A stretch of DNA of 64,000 bases from Armatimonadota bacterium (lineage in GTDB: Bacteria; Armatimonadota; HRBIN16). The position numbers and the translations under genes were made by a program. Below, in pieces: positions 9,305 through 19,097 of the stretch. Numbering within the stretch: position 1 is the first letter of the stretch; every line of letters begins with the position of its first letter. Location of the stretch: NCBI GenBank assembly GCA_963677485.1, contig OY781964.1:3104001-3168000 (forward strand), written 5' to 3'. The notes under the pieces are model-generated. The model worked only from the letters and a program-made list of their open reading frames with translations, was not told the origin of the DNA and did no database searches.

Positions 9305-9838
9305 ATGAAAAAGCTTCTATTAGGCATGGTCGCGGCCGCAACTCTTCTCAGTGCAGCCACCGCCTCCTATGCACAGTGGCAATATCCTTCGGCAGCTAAG
9401 CCGTGGACGATTTCTATTGGTGGGGTTTTCCATAACAACGATGAGGTAGCTCCGGGGGTCACCGTCAAAGACGGATGCTCATTATCCGCCAACTACACAT
9501 TTGGAAATTACCCTTCCAGTGAGGCCTTTGTGAACCTTCAGACGGATTTCTACACGGTGCGAACCCCTGTGGAAAGTAAAAACGCCTACAGCGTAACTCC
9601 GCATGTGGGCTACCGGTATTTCCTGGACACAGAGAAGTCGCTCTATATCGCTCCATCTGCGGGTATCACATACAGCAATAGCGGAGCTTCAGGCTACGAC
9701 AAGACCCTAACCGACCTCTCAGCTTCGCTGGCCCTTGGCCTGAAGTTGAAGGACATCCGTTCCGAAATCTATTGGAACGCCATCCCAGGCCACAACCTCA
9801 ATGACTCTTGGGGATTGAAGGTCGGTTACCGCTTCTAG
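9305..9838 (+). CDS. Outer-membrane beta-barrel protein
   Basis: Signal peptide, alternating amphipathic strands, C-terminal VGYRF beta-signal. Confidence 0.8.
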   Translation: MKKLLLGMVAAATLLSAATASYAQWQYPSAAKPWTISIGGVFHNNDEVAPGVTVKDGCSLSANYTFGNYPSSEAFVNLQTDFYTVRTPVESKNAYSVTPHVGYRYFLDTEKSLYIAPSAGITYSNSGASGYDKTLTDLSASLALGLKLKDIRSEIYWNAIPGHNLNDSWGLKVGYRF

Positions 9839-9844
9839 TTCACA

Positions 9845-9877
9845 CGGGGGCGTGTTTGATCTACGCCCCCGCCTTTT
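9845..9877 (+). terminator. Rho-independent terminator
   Basis: cgggggcgt / acgcccccg stem followed by cctttt. Confidence 0.7.
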
Positions 9878-9923
9878 CGATACCCCTTCACCCCATACCA
9901 GAAAGGTTTGGTAATAACCCCGG

Positions 9924-11342
9924 ATGGCCAAATCAACTACTAAATTCGTATGCAGTGCCTGCGGTGTGGAGCTGCCTCGATGGTATGGCAAGTGCCCCGA
10001 GTGCAACGAGTGGAACAGCGTCAATGAAGAAAGTATAGCCACGATTGCGATCCCCTCCAAGATGCCCATCGCCAGCACACCATCAGCCATCATCGGAGCC
10101 TCACTGCCACTGAAACTTGATGGTGTGCAGACAGAGGATCAACCCCGCATAGTCACAGGTCTCGCCGAGTTCGATCGGCTGTTGGGCGGCGGTATCGTGC
10201 CCGGGAGTGTGGTGTTGTTAGGCGGTGATCCTGGCGTTGGCAAGTCCACACTGCTCACGCAGGTGAGTGATACGCTCAGCCAGCGTATTCCCGTGCTCTA
10301 CATCTCCGGTGAGGAGAGCGTGCATCAGGTGAAGCTCCGGGCCAAACGGCTGGGAGCGGGCAGCGGTGAACTCTATGTGCTGGCCGAAACAGTTCTGGAG
10401 CATATGCTGGCGCGTATCGAGGCCATGAACCCATCGGTTGTGGTCATCGACTCCATCCAGACCACTCGGGCCGCCGCGATCGACAGCCTACCCGGCAGCG
10501 TGGCGCAGGTGCGCGGCTGCGGCAATGCGCTGCAGCGTCTGGCGAAGGAACAGGGGGTCGCGGTGTTTCTGGTGGGGCATGTGACTAAAGAGGGCGGTCT
10601 TGCTGGCCCGAAGGCATTAGAGCACATGGTGGACACCGTGCTCAGCTTTGAGGGTGACTCCCACTTGAACTACCGTATCCTGAGGGCGACCAAGAACCGG
10701 TTTGGCAGCACAGACGAGATCGCGCTGTTTGAGATGCGTGGTCAGGGCCTCACGAGTGTAGAGAACCCCTCCGCATGGCTGCTGGCAGAACGTGCAGAAC
10801 AGTCGCCTGGCAGCGTGGTCACCTGCATCATGGAGGGATCCCGTCCGCTGCTGGTGGAGGTGCAGGCGCTGGTCTGCCATAGCTACTTAAATCAGCCGCG
10901 ACGACAAGTGACCGGCCTCGACTACAACCGTGTGAACATGATCCTGGCGGTGCTGGAAAAGCGTGCCGGTATCCGGCTTAGCGATAAAGATGTGTTTGTG
11001 AATGCGGCTGGCGGTGTGAATGTGCGCGAACCGGCCGCCGACCTGGCCATCGCCCTGGCGGTGTGCAGCAGCCTTAGCGACCGCGCCTTGCCCCCGGACC
11101 TGGCGGTGATGGGGGAGATCGGGCTGGCTGGCGAGGTACGCGGCGTGACCGCCAGTGAGGCGAGAGCTAAGGAGATATCACGGATGGGGTTCAACAACGT
11201 GATCTGTGCCCGCCGAGATGCCAAGAGCCTGAAGCTGCGTGTTGCTGGTCTAAATTCTGTAGGCGCAGGTTATCTTGCCCAGGCACTCAGCGCATTGGCA
11301 GGCCTGCAGTCGGAGCATTCGCCGGAGCAGGACGCGGAGTAG
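9924..11342 (+). CDS. radA: DNA repair protein RadA/Sms
   Basis: N-terminal C4 zinc finger, Walker A GDPGVGKST, KNRFG motif, Lon-like C-terminus. Confidence 0.97.
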   Translation: MAKSTTKFVCSACGVELPRWYGKCPECNEWNSVNEESIATIAIPSKMPIASTPSAIIGASLPLKLDGVQTEDQPRIVTGLAEFDRLLGGGIVPGSVVLLGGDPGVGKSTLLTQVSDTLSQRIPVLYISGEESVHQVKLRAKRLGAGSGELYVLAETVLEHMLARIEAMNPSVVVIDSIQTTRAAAIDSLPGSVAQVRGCGNALQRLAKEQGVAVFLVGHVTKEGGLAGPKALEHMVDTVLSFEGDSHLNYRILRATKNRFGSTDEIALFEMRGQGLTSVENPSAWLLAERAEQSPGSVVTCIMEGSRPLLVEVQALVCHSYLNQPRRQVTGLDYNRVNMILAVLEKRAGIRLSDKDVFVNAAGGVNVREPAADLAIALAVCSSLSDRALPPDLAVMGEIGLAGEVRGVTASEARAKEISRMGFNNVICARRDAKSLKLRVAGLNSVGAGYLAQALSALAGLQSEHSPEQDAE

Positions 11343-11462
11343 GGGGCTGTCCAGGTAATTCCACCTGGTTCAACAGCACTGCACGGACCCCCATCGAACT
11401 GGTTCGTGCCATCTTCGGGTAATATAAGTAAAACACGCCTGTGAGCAAAAGGAGATCAGACC

Positions 11463-12473
11463 ATGACCATCACGCATGTTGTGAATGGGGATCATACGGC
11501 AGAGCTTATTCGTCAGAGCGGGTTACCTGGTGATGTGTTATTATTCACCGACGTTCTGCACGAAGGACCCGTATTGCACGCCCCTATCCTTGAGCATCAT
11601 GAACGGCGCGCGGGGTTCCTGGCAGGATGCGGATGGGGCGAGTACGAAAGCCTACTGGAGTTCTACCACAGCCAGGAAGAGGCGTTGATGTACTACGCGG
11701 AAGAGGGCAAACTGGTGCTGTGGTGCGAGCATGATGTTTATGACCAGCTTCTTCTGGCCCGCTGGCTGACGCTGATGGATATCGTGCTGGATCAACCTTA
11801 CGATCACCATATGGTCTGTGTAGGGCATGTGGAAGGACGGCCCAACTTCCGTGGTTTAGGTGAGCTCACACCACCCGAAATCGCGAAACTATACGATAAG
11901 CGACGCCCTGTGTCCCATGCAACCATGTCCGATGGGCATCTTTCCTGGCATGCTCTCTGCGCTGAAGGACCAGCCATGATGGAGGTCACTTCCCAGCAGT
12001 CTCTGCACGACCTGCCTTACATGAGCAATACCATGTACCGCCTGCTGCAGCAGTATCCAAAGCAGGGTAGCGGATTATGGCGAACCGGTGAGCAGATACT
12101 CTACTGCCTGGAATCTGGCCCGAAGACCCCCTTTGAGCTGTTTGCCAACGACACGGAGATGGAGCAGAGCCCCTTCATGGGTGATGCCACCTTCTGGCTG
12201 CACGTGGAGCGATTGTCCAATGTGGACGATCCCGCCCTTACCTGGGAGGATGGCACGCCGTTTATCGCGCACAAGGCCCTCACATCTCCACCGGACAAGT
12301 TCAGAGATGAGCGGCTGCAGCTCACGCAGTTGGGCCGGAGCGTTTTGCAATACCAGGTTGATTTCGTGAAACACAACCAAATCAGCTATTGGATAGGCGG
12401 AGTCGAGGTCGGCCCAAACGCCCCCTGGCGCCGTGGCGATGACGGTCATGTGAAGTTGATGAAGGGCTCATAA
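11463..12473 (+). CDS. DUF1835-like domain protein
   Basis: HVVNGD...DVLHEGP...LWCEHDVYDQL...GLGEL...FMGD pattern. Confidence 0.7.
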   Translation: MTITHVVNGDHTAELIRQSGLPGDVLLFTDVLHEGPVLHAPILEHHERRAGFLAGCGWGEYESLLEFYHSQEEALMYYAEEGKLVLWCEHDVYDQLLLARWLTLMDIVLDQPYDHHMVCVGHVEGRPNFRGLGELTPPEIAKLYDKRRPVSHATMSDGHLSWHALCAEGPAMMEVTSQQSLHDLPYMSNTMYRLLQQYPKQGSGLWRTGEQILYCLESGPKTPFELFANDTEMEQSPFMGDATFWLHVERLSNVDDPALTWEDGTPFIAHKALTSPPDKFRDERLQLTQLGRSVLQYQVDFVKHNQISYWIGGVEVGPNAPWRRGDDGHVKLMKGS

Positions 12474-12532
12474 CCTGATCAGATGTGCTTGATCGGTCTA
12501 ATTCGCCCGATCCGTCCGATACCTACAATCGC

Positions 12533-12567
12533 AAAAAGAGGGGATGGCGACTATGACCATCCCCGTT
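12533..12567. terminator. Probable bidirectional terminator between convergent genes
   Basis: aaaaa-g-aggggatgg / ccatcccc-gttt hairpin. Confidence 0.6.
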
Positions 12568-12601
12568 TCCCACTTGTGTTTGACACGTGCGCAAGGGGAA
12601 A

Positions 12602-12940
12602 TTAGAGGGCAGCGTCCCCGGTTTCACCGGTTCTGATGAGGACGCTTGCCGCTAGACTGGTTACGAATATCTTCCCATCTCCTACCTCTCCGGTCCTAGC
12701 TGTATCCTGTATCACATCCAATACCATTGACAGCTTGTCATCGGGAACTACCACGCATATCTCGGCTTTCGGCAGTAGATTCACTGTGATAGTGGACATT
12801 CGGAAATGGTCGGTATATCCCTTCTGTCGGCCGCAACCCTGCACTTCCGTAACGGTCAGTCCTTCAACTCCGATATCGTGAAGTGCATCTTTCACAACCT
12901 CAATTGCTTGAGGGCGGATGATAGCTAGAACCTGCTTCAT
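12602..12940 (-). CDS. glnK: Nitrogen regulatory protein P-II
   Basis: 112 aa; GCGRQKG T-loop entry and TGEVGDGKIFV; cotranscribed with amtB. Confidence 0.93.
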   Translation of the reverse strand: MKQVLAIIRPQAIEVVKDALHDIGVEGLTVTEVQGCGRQKGYTDHFRMSTITVNLLPKAEICVVVPDDKLSMVLDVIQDTARTGEVGDGKIFVTSLAASVLIRTGETGDAAL

Positions 12941-12954
12941 AGTCGACTCACCTG

Positions 12955-14598
12955 TTACCCTTCGTGAACCTGTGCTTTTTGCTGTGTGTTGAAGCCTACG
13001 TCGTGCATGTCATCACGGGGATAAGCCAGCATGCCTACCTCAGGAATGTCTAAGCCGTTGATTTCATCCTCGGCCTTCACACGCATCCCAATGGTCTTCT
13101 GGCATATCTTGAAGAATATCCAAGAAGCGCTGTAGACAAACACGATGCAGGCGATACAGCCAATCAACTGGGCGACGAACTGCTTAGGATCGCCATACAG
13201 GATGCCTTTGACCGTTCCAGGCACACCGTTCCAGCCATCGCCATAGGTGCCGTCTGCGAAGATACCTACAGCCAGAACACCGAACAGGCCATTGAAGCCG
13301 TGGACAGCGATCGCACCAACTGGGTCGTCGAGCTTCATTTTGTTTTCAACGAACCATACTGCCCAGATGACCAGCACACCAGATATCAAGCCGATGACAA
13401 ACGCCCCTGCTGGGTTGACGAAGGCACAAGGCGCCGTGATGGCGACCAATCCAGCGAGCATACCGTTCGCGCTCATGGCGGGGTCTGGTTTTCCGTTCAT
13501 CTTCCAGGTGACAAACATGGTCATCAGCATTCCGGACGCACTCGCGATCATGGTGTTGACAGCAGCCACACTCAAGCGCAAGTCTGTTCCGGCCAAGGTG
13601 CTGCCTGCGTTGAAACCAAACCAGCAGAAGGCCAGGATGAACGTGCCAAGCAGCGCCATAGGGATGTTGTGCCCGGGGATAGCCACTGGTTTACCATCCT
13701 TGCGGAACTTACCGATGCGGGCTCCAAGAACCACTGCACCAGCCACACTGGCGATACCGCCCACGCTATGCACTACCGACGATCCTGCGAAGTCCACTAC
13801 ACCATGACCTAACCCGAAGTTGGCACCTAGTGTTGCCAACCAGCCACCGCCCCATACCCAGTTCCCAAAGATGGGATATAGGAACATGCTCACGAAGAAG
13901 CCCCAGAGCACGAAGGCACTGAACTTCCATCGCTCGGCCAGTGCACCAGTTGGTATGGTCGCCGTGGTGTCCATGAACACCATTTGGAACAAGAACATGG
14001 CCAGCACACCTACATCATAGGTGTTTCCGCTTAACGCAAAACCGTGGGTGCCAAATAGCCCCAGGGACTTGCCGGCGATGGTGATCGCAAACTCGTGACC
14101 TATCAGGGGGGCGGTTCCACCAAGGTTGGCGATCGCTCCCACGCCGCCGAACATCAAACCGAATCCAACCAGGAAGTAGCCCACGACGCCCAGGGCGTAG
14201 ATAGCGAAGTTCATAAACATCACTTCAGCAGCGTTCTTCCTGCGGCAGAAACCTGTCTCCACCAGCGCGAAACCCGCTTGCATATACATGACCAGGAAGC
14301 CGCAGATCATGGTCCACACGAAGTTGATCCCGATCTTGTTCTTGCCCACCTGAGCCCCAATTTCAGCGGTGGTGGGTTTGCCTGCTTCTTTGGCCGTGAC
14401 GTCGTTGATAGTTCCTGTGGTCGCTCCACTGGGGTCACCAACCACTGGGGGTGGTGCTGGAGCGGTCGCCGCTACTGTTGATGGAGCCGCGGAAGGCGTC
14501 TGATCCTGCCCTACGGCTCGATAGCCTACCAGCCCGACGATTACGAGTATCATACCCAGAATGCCGAGCCATCGGCGGAGGTGTCTAGTGTTTTTCAT
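12955..14598 (-). CDS. amtB: Ammonium transporter
   Basis: QAGFALVETG, DFAGSSVVH, WFGFNAGS and DDPVGAIAVH motifs; ATG at 14598 (alternative GTG at 14607). Confidence 0.96.
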   Translation of the reverse strand: MKNTRHLRRWLGILGMILVIVGLVGYRAVGQDQTPSAAPSTVAATAPAPPPVVGDPSGATTGTINDVTAKEAGKPTTAEIGAQVGKNKIGINFVWTMICGFLVMYMQAGFALVETGFCRRKNAAEVMFMNFAIYALGVVGYFLVGFGLMFGGVGAIANLGGTAPLIGHEFAITIAGKSLGLFGTHGFALSGNTYDVGVLAMFLFQMVFMDTTATIPTGALAERWKFSAFVLWGFFVSMFLYPIFGNWVWGGGWLATLGANFGLGHGVVDFAGSSVVHSVGGIASVAGAVVLGARIGKFRKDGKPVAIPGHNIPMALLGTFILAFCWFGFNAGSTLAGTDLRLSVAAVNTMIASASGMLMTMFVTWKMNGKPDPAMSANGMLAGLVAITAPCAFVNPAGAFVIGLISGVLVIWAVWFVENKMKLDDPVGAIAVHGFNGLFGVLAVGIFADGTYGDGWNGVPGTVKGILYGDPKQFVAQLIGCIACIVFVYSASWIFFKICQKTIGMRVKAEDEINGLDIPEVGMLAYPRDDMHDVGFNTQQKAQVHEG

Positions 14599-14625
14599 TT
14601 CGGTCACCTTTCTGTGTCGTTTAGG

Positions 14626-14659
14626 ACCGCCAATGGTGGTTGTTTAGACGCCGCCGTCT
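14626..14659 (-). promoter_or_regulatory. Putative ANTAR-type dual-hairpin RNA motif in the amtB leader
   Basis: mRNA reads AGAC-GGCGGC-GUCU, an 8-nt spacer, then ACC-AUUGGC-GGU: two hexaloops with G at position 4. Confidence 0.4.
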
Positions 14660-14731
14660 GGACCGCACTTCACAGTAAGCGCATACCGTGAGTGTTAGTT
14701 CTCTAACACCCGAAGTATTGATTTCCGATGT

Positions 14732-16057
14732 CTATCTCGCAGCTTCGGAAGCGACCGTGGCCACATGACTCTGCGGCTCAACCGGTGTCTCGTCAGGCTT
14801 CGGAAAGACCATTCTCAGCAGCACAGGTGTCACCACCGTGCTTACCAAAACCATTAATATCATCGATGCATATTCCGGCTTGCCGATCACTCCAGCACTC
14901 AGCCCTACCTGGGCCACGATCAAGCCCACTTCTCCCCGGCTGATCATCCCAATGCCAACTCTCAGTGACTGTAGATTGTTAAAGCCGGAAAACCTGGCTC
15001 CCAGACCACAGCCAACCACTTTGGTTAACAATGCGATCGCCACAATCGCCAATGCGAACGGCAGGACGGCTGATGTGATTAGGTGAATGTTTGCTCCTAG
15101 TCCGATGCTGGTAAAGAACACGGGGACGAATAGAGCGTGCATCATCGGTTTGACAGAACTCTCTATCTCCTCTCGGAATCCGCTCTGCGAAAGGAAGACA
15201 CCCACCAGGTAGGCTCCTGTGATGGCAGCGACCTGCCCAATCACTTCAGCCAACACCGCAAATACCAGCATCAGCACAATCGCTCCTGCCGCCGCTGTGT
15301 GCTCGCTGTGCAGGCGGTTGGCCAAATGCACCACACCGTCGAATTTGCGTCCCAGCAGCATTGAGACTACAAAGAACATCGTCATCAACACGAACACACA
15401 ACCTACTGCCAGGGCTGGGCCGTTCGATATGCCAGATAGATGCGCGATTTCACTGGCCATGACCGGAGCTAACCCTGAGGGGTGAAGTTGACTTGCTCCC
15501 ATGGTGGCACTGAAGGCGATGACTACGCTCAGCACGATGATGCCAAGGATGTCGTCTATCACAGCGGCCCCCAGGATCGTCATGCCTTCAGGCGTCTGCA
15601 TCGCCCGCAGCTCCATGAGAGTCTGTGCGGAGATGCTGACCGATGTGGCCACCATAACCGTGCCGATGAAGGCACTTTCACCGATCCCAAGACCGAAAAG
15701 TCGGCAGCATACAAAGCCGAGTATGAGCGGGAGGATCACGCCGCTAACAGCCGACCACAGGGCGGTTTTCCCAACCTTCCGCATCTGTGTGAGGTCGGTC
15801 TCCAACCCGGCGGTGAACATCAGCAGAAGCACGCCAAGGCTGGCAAACACATGCAGGTGATCGCTTAGCCAGGCACTGCTGGACGTGAACATATCCCATT
15901 TCAACATGTTGAGGAATGACGGGCCCAAGAGCAGCCCAACCATGATTTCACCGAATACCACAGGCTGGTGTAGATAGCGGGCACTGATGTGTCCAGCCAG
16001 CTTACATGCGGTGATGATGATGATGAGTGCTACAAGAAGCTGCAGTTCGTGGCTCAT
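14732..16057 (-). CDS. CPA2-family cation:proton antiporter
   Basis: About 12 TMs; ATSVSISA, GAAVIDD and GMISRGEV motifs; AGGAGG RBS before MSHEL. Confidence 0.92.
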   Translation of the reverse strand: MSHELQLLVALIIIITACKLAGHISARYLHQPVVFGEIMVGLLLGPSFLNMLKWDMFTSSSAWLSDHLHVFASLGVLLLMFTAGLETDLTQMRKVGKTALWSAVSGVILPLILGFVCCRLFGLGIGESAFIGTVMVATSVSISAQTLMELRAMQTPEGMTILGAAVIDDILGIIVLSVVIAFSATMGASQLHPSGLAPVMASEIAHLSGISNGPALAVGCVFVLMTMFFVVSMLLGRKFDGVVHLANRLHSEHTAAAGAIVLMLVFAVLAEVIGQVAAITGAYLVGVFLSQSGFREEIESSVKPMMHALFVPVFFTSIGLGANIHLITSAVLPFALAIVAIALLTKVVGCGLGARFSGFNNLQSLRVGIGMISRGEVGLIVAQVGLSAGVIGKPEYASMILMVLVSTVVTPVLLRMVFPKPDETPVEPQSHVATVASEAAR

Positions 16058-16491
16058 GGCTATCCTCCTGGTGTTATTCGTAATCCACAACATTGGAGTA
16101 GAGAGTCTACCATGACGGAGCGCGCGGTCTTTGTGTGTGAAAACTGAACAGTCAGTGAGGTGCCTGCAAGGCAGAGGTTCTACAGTGGAGATGTCGTGGG
16201 CATCGTGCCCTGCATATATGTTACCCTCATCCATCTATGAAAGCAAGGTGCGGACCAAATACACACAAGGAGACAGGAGCAAGGAGTGAAGGAGACAGAA
16301 GAGGAGAGGAGAATGCCAACGTTTGTATATGCCCTAGACCGCTCCGGTTTTGCGAGGGAATCTTAATCCACAGATGACGCAGATGACGCAGATTAGATAA
16401 TGACCGCGCCGGTTTCTCAGTATGCTCTCAATCGCCATGTATGTTTTGTCCGACGCGGTCTGGCGGATAACCCGTAATCGGTTAGCCACGC

Positions 16492-16683
16492 TGCCGCGGG
16501 TTTAGTCACCCCACGGGACTGTCGTCCCTTCACGGGGTTCCCTCAACCGCGCGTCTAGGTATTTGCTGCCCGCAAGCGGGCGCAGGGTGCCCTCCGCATG
16601 CGCCCGCAGGAGCGAAGCGACGCGGGCAGCAATCTGATCAGCGACGGGTGATGGAGCCCCCTGGGGCGATGGAACCCGTCGAC
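16492..16683 (+). repeat. ~190-bp structured repeat, copy E
   Basis: Full-length long variant. Confidence 0.9.
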
Positions 16684-16935
16684 TCGGGGCCGATCCGCCT
16701 ACATCGCTGCCGGTTAGCCACGCTGCCGCGCGATGCAGAAACCACCGGAACGCTGCCGTGAAGGGGCGATTCGCGAATCGCCCTTCTAGCAAGCGACACG
16801 ATCCCGTGATCACCCGTGCATGTCTGAACCACGGATTACGCGGATGACACGGATGGGGAAGGAAACACCGCTCCCGTAGGGAAAACCCCGTTCGGTATAA
16901 TGTCCATAGAACAAAACCCTTCCAAGGATAACCAA

Positions 16936-18897
16936 ATGCCCACTATATATATATCTGCTGAGAACCCAGTATCCACCAACTTTACACCGGGGATGAGTCC
17001 GATGGCCGCGGAGGACGGCTCCGGTGCGGTCGGTGGGGTCTTTCTGAAGCTTTATGTCGACAAGCCGAAAGGGGAGGCTAATCGACGGTTTTTTGCGAAA
17101 TACAGTTGCCGCATCCCTCAAGCCGACAAGTTCCACCTGTGGATTGCTGCCAACCCACAAAACACCACATGGGCCTGCTATTTGAGCATCATCATTGATG
17201 AACAGAAGCCCATTTCGTTAAAGGGCAGACTGCAGAACAGCCCCTCGTATGGTTTGCCATGGCCCGAAAACTACTTCTGCTGGACGAAACTGGACGACAT
17301 CTCGCTGTCTGCCGGTGCGCATACGCTGGAGATTGTGGTCGATGGCCCGCGAGAAGGCGGCAAGGATATGTATGCGGCCTTCCTGGACGAGATCGTGTTG
17401 ACCACCGACCCCAGCTTTGCGCCTGTAGATAACTGGCCGGCCGGGCATCCTTCCGGACCGAAAGCAAGGGCCATGGCGCGGCCTGGAGGCTGGCGTGCAG
17501 GTGTTGAGGGCGGGATGTATCAGATGCAGATGAAGAAAACCCACGAGGCGGCCAACGAGAGCAGTGCCCATGAGGTGGAACGTAAACTGGGAAACCGGCC
17601 TTTTGGCGCCAAGTCGGCTCCTGGCATCCACCGGTTCGGTGTGCATGGCATGGAGACGCCGTTTGTGAAAGCCGATCTGCACAGCAAATGCGGGCCGATG
17701 TTCGAGATGATCTCCCGTGCCGGCGTAGATACCCTTCGCACCGCAGAGAGCTGCTGGCACCGGCTGGGTGACAACTTCGACAACATGAAGGAGCTGGATT
17801 ACCAGTGCGAGCAAGCCTCCAAATACGGCATCAATTTCATGTTGACCATGGGATACCCGGCGGGCCCGTTCAGCGTGAGCAATGCGGTAATTGCGGCCGT
17901 TAAGCCCGAATACCTCGGTCTCTACCAGCAATACCTTGACAAGGTGACGAAGAGATACGCCCCGCATATCCAATACACCGAGCTGGCGAATGAAGTGGAT
18001 GCCCCGCAGACCTGGTGGAAGAATGGTTCGACCCCGGCGATGTATGTGAAAGAGCTGCAGATGCTGTTTGAGACCACCCGGCGCAATGCACCGAAGGCCA
18101 GGGTGATGGCGGTTGCCTCCACCTACGCCCGCGACACCACGCATGATGCGGTGGGTGAGGGACGGGCCTGGGTGAAAGCGGCTTGGAAGGCTGGCATGAA
18201 CAGGTATACCGACGGCTACTCGCTGCACTATACTTGGCCGTTGTCAGAACGTAACTATCCACCGTTCTTCAGGCAAGAGATCAAACCATATGGTGCGGCC
18301 AAGCCGTTGGTCAACAGCGAGGAGGCCGCATATGGCCATCCGGGCGACATCGTCAAGGCCTTTGCACGTGACCTGTTTTTGTACAACATGGAGGCCGTCT
18401 ACTACTATCTGGCGCGTGACTGGTATGAGGCGGGGAACCTGATCTACAGCGGTCTGTTTGATATCGACTACCGCCCCAAGCTGCGCCTGCTGAGTTATGC
18501 AGCGGCCTCGGATTCGATGAAGGGCCGGCAACTGGTGGGTATGGCTCAGCCCGAAAGCAATGTGGAGGCCTATGTACTGAAGAGCACCAACGGGCAATCG
18601 CCGAAATACAGCATCGTGATGTGGCGGAACGGGGCCGCAGAGGCCCTGGGACCAGTTTACTCGTTGCGCTATGAGGTGCCGACGGTGAAGGTGCGTGGGT
18701 TGCGTGGCGTGACTCACGCCGAAGATTGGCGTCTGGACCCTGTGAAGGTGCCTGGTGACGGCATCGTGGTCGGGGCCACCCCGGTGATTGCCTACTGTGA
18801 TCAGCTTCCAGCGTGGAAACTGATGAGCCGCGAGGCCTTCCTGAAGTTCGCACCCGCCATCGCTGCCCGCAGCAAGGCACTCGTGCCCGGGCAATAG
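16936..18897 (+). CDS. Clan GH-A glycoside hydrolase (GH39/GH5-like) with N-terminal beta-sandwich
   Basis: Acid/base ELANEVD, YSLHY and nucleophile LVNSE motifs. Confidence 0.7.
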   Translation: MPTIYISAENPVSTNFTPGMSPMAAEDGSGAVGGVFLKLYVDKPKGEANRRFFAKYSCRIPQADKFHLWIAANPQNTTWACYLSIIIDEQKPISLKGRLQNSPSYGLPWPENYFCWTKLDDISLSAGAHTLEIVVDGPREGGKDMYAAFLDEIVLTTDPSFAPVDNWPAGHPSGPKARAMARPGGWRAGVEGGMYQMQMKKTHEAANESSAHEVERKLGNRPFGAKSAPGIHRFGVHGMETPFVKADLHSKCGPMFEMISRAGVDTLRTAESCWHRLGDNFDNMKELDYQCEQASKYGINFMLTMGYPAGPFSVSNAVIAAVKPEYLGLYQQYLDKVTKRYAPHIQYTELANEVDAPQTWWKNGSTPAMYVKELQMLFETTRRNAPKARVMAVASTYARDTTHDAVGEGRAWVKAAWKAGMNRYTDGYSLHYTWPLSERNYPPFFRQEIKPYGAAKPLVNSEEAAYGHPGDIVKAFARDLFLYNMEAVYYYLARDWYEAGNLIYSGLFDIDYRPKLRLLSYAAASDSMKGRQLVGMAQPESNVEAYVLKSTNGQSPKYSIVMWRNGAAEALGPVYSLRYEVPTVKVRGLRGVTHAEDWRLDPVKVPGDGIVVGATPVIAYCDQLPAWKLMSREAFLKFAPAIAARSKALVPGQ

Positions 18898-18942
18898 GAC
18901 CGGTGGGCGGGGGGTGAGGATCGCATTCAGGGCGGGGTGTTC

Positions 18943-18991
18943 AGGGCGGGGTGACCCCGCCCTCGTGGTCTGGGGCGGGGTCTCCCCGCCC
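18943..18991. repeat. REP-like palindrome doublet
   Basis: gggcggggtgaccccgccc and gggcggggtctccccgccc. Confidence 0.6.
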
Positions 18992-19097
18992 AAACAAACA
19001 TCCTGCATACCCGCGTCATCCGTGGTTCAGACAATCCGGAATCCGACGAATGCGGCGGATCGGACCGATGGCAATGGTGGACGACCACCGGATTTCT

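Noticed and set aside
14692-14709. Canonical TnrA/GlnR box
   Set aside because: Spacing is TGTTA-N6-TAACA rather than N7; kept only as an unassigned palindrome.
16058-16260. c-di-AMP or Na+/Li+ riboswitch before the antiporter
   Set aside because: No recognisable consensus on the coding strand.
17218-19008. Long antisense ORFs (336 aa, 254 aa) and similar ones elsewhere
   Set aside because: Shadows of GC3-biased sense genes with no protein-like motifs.
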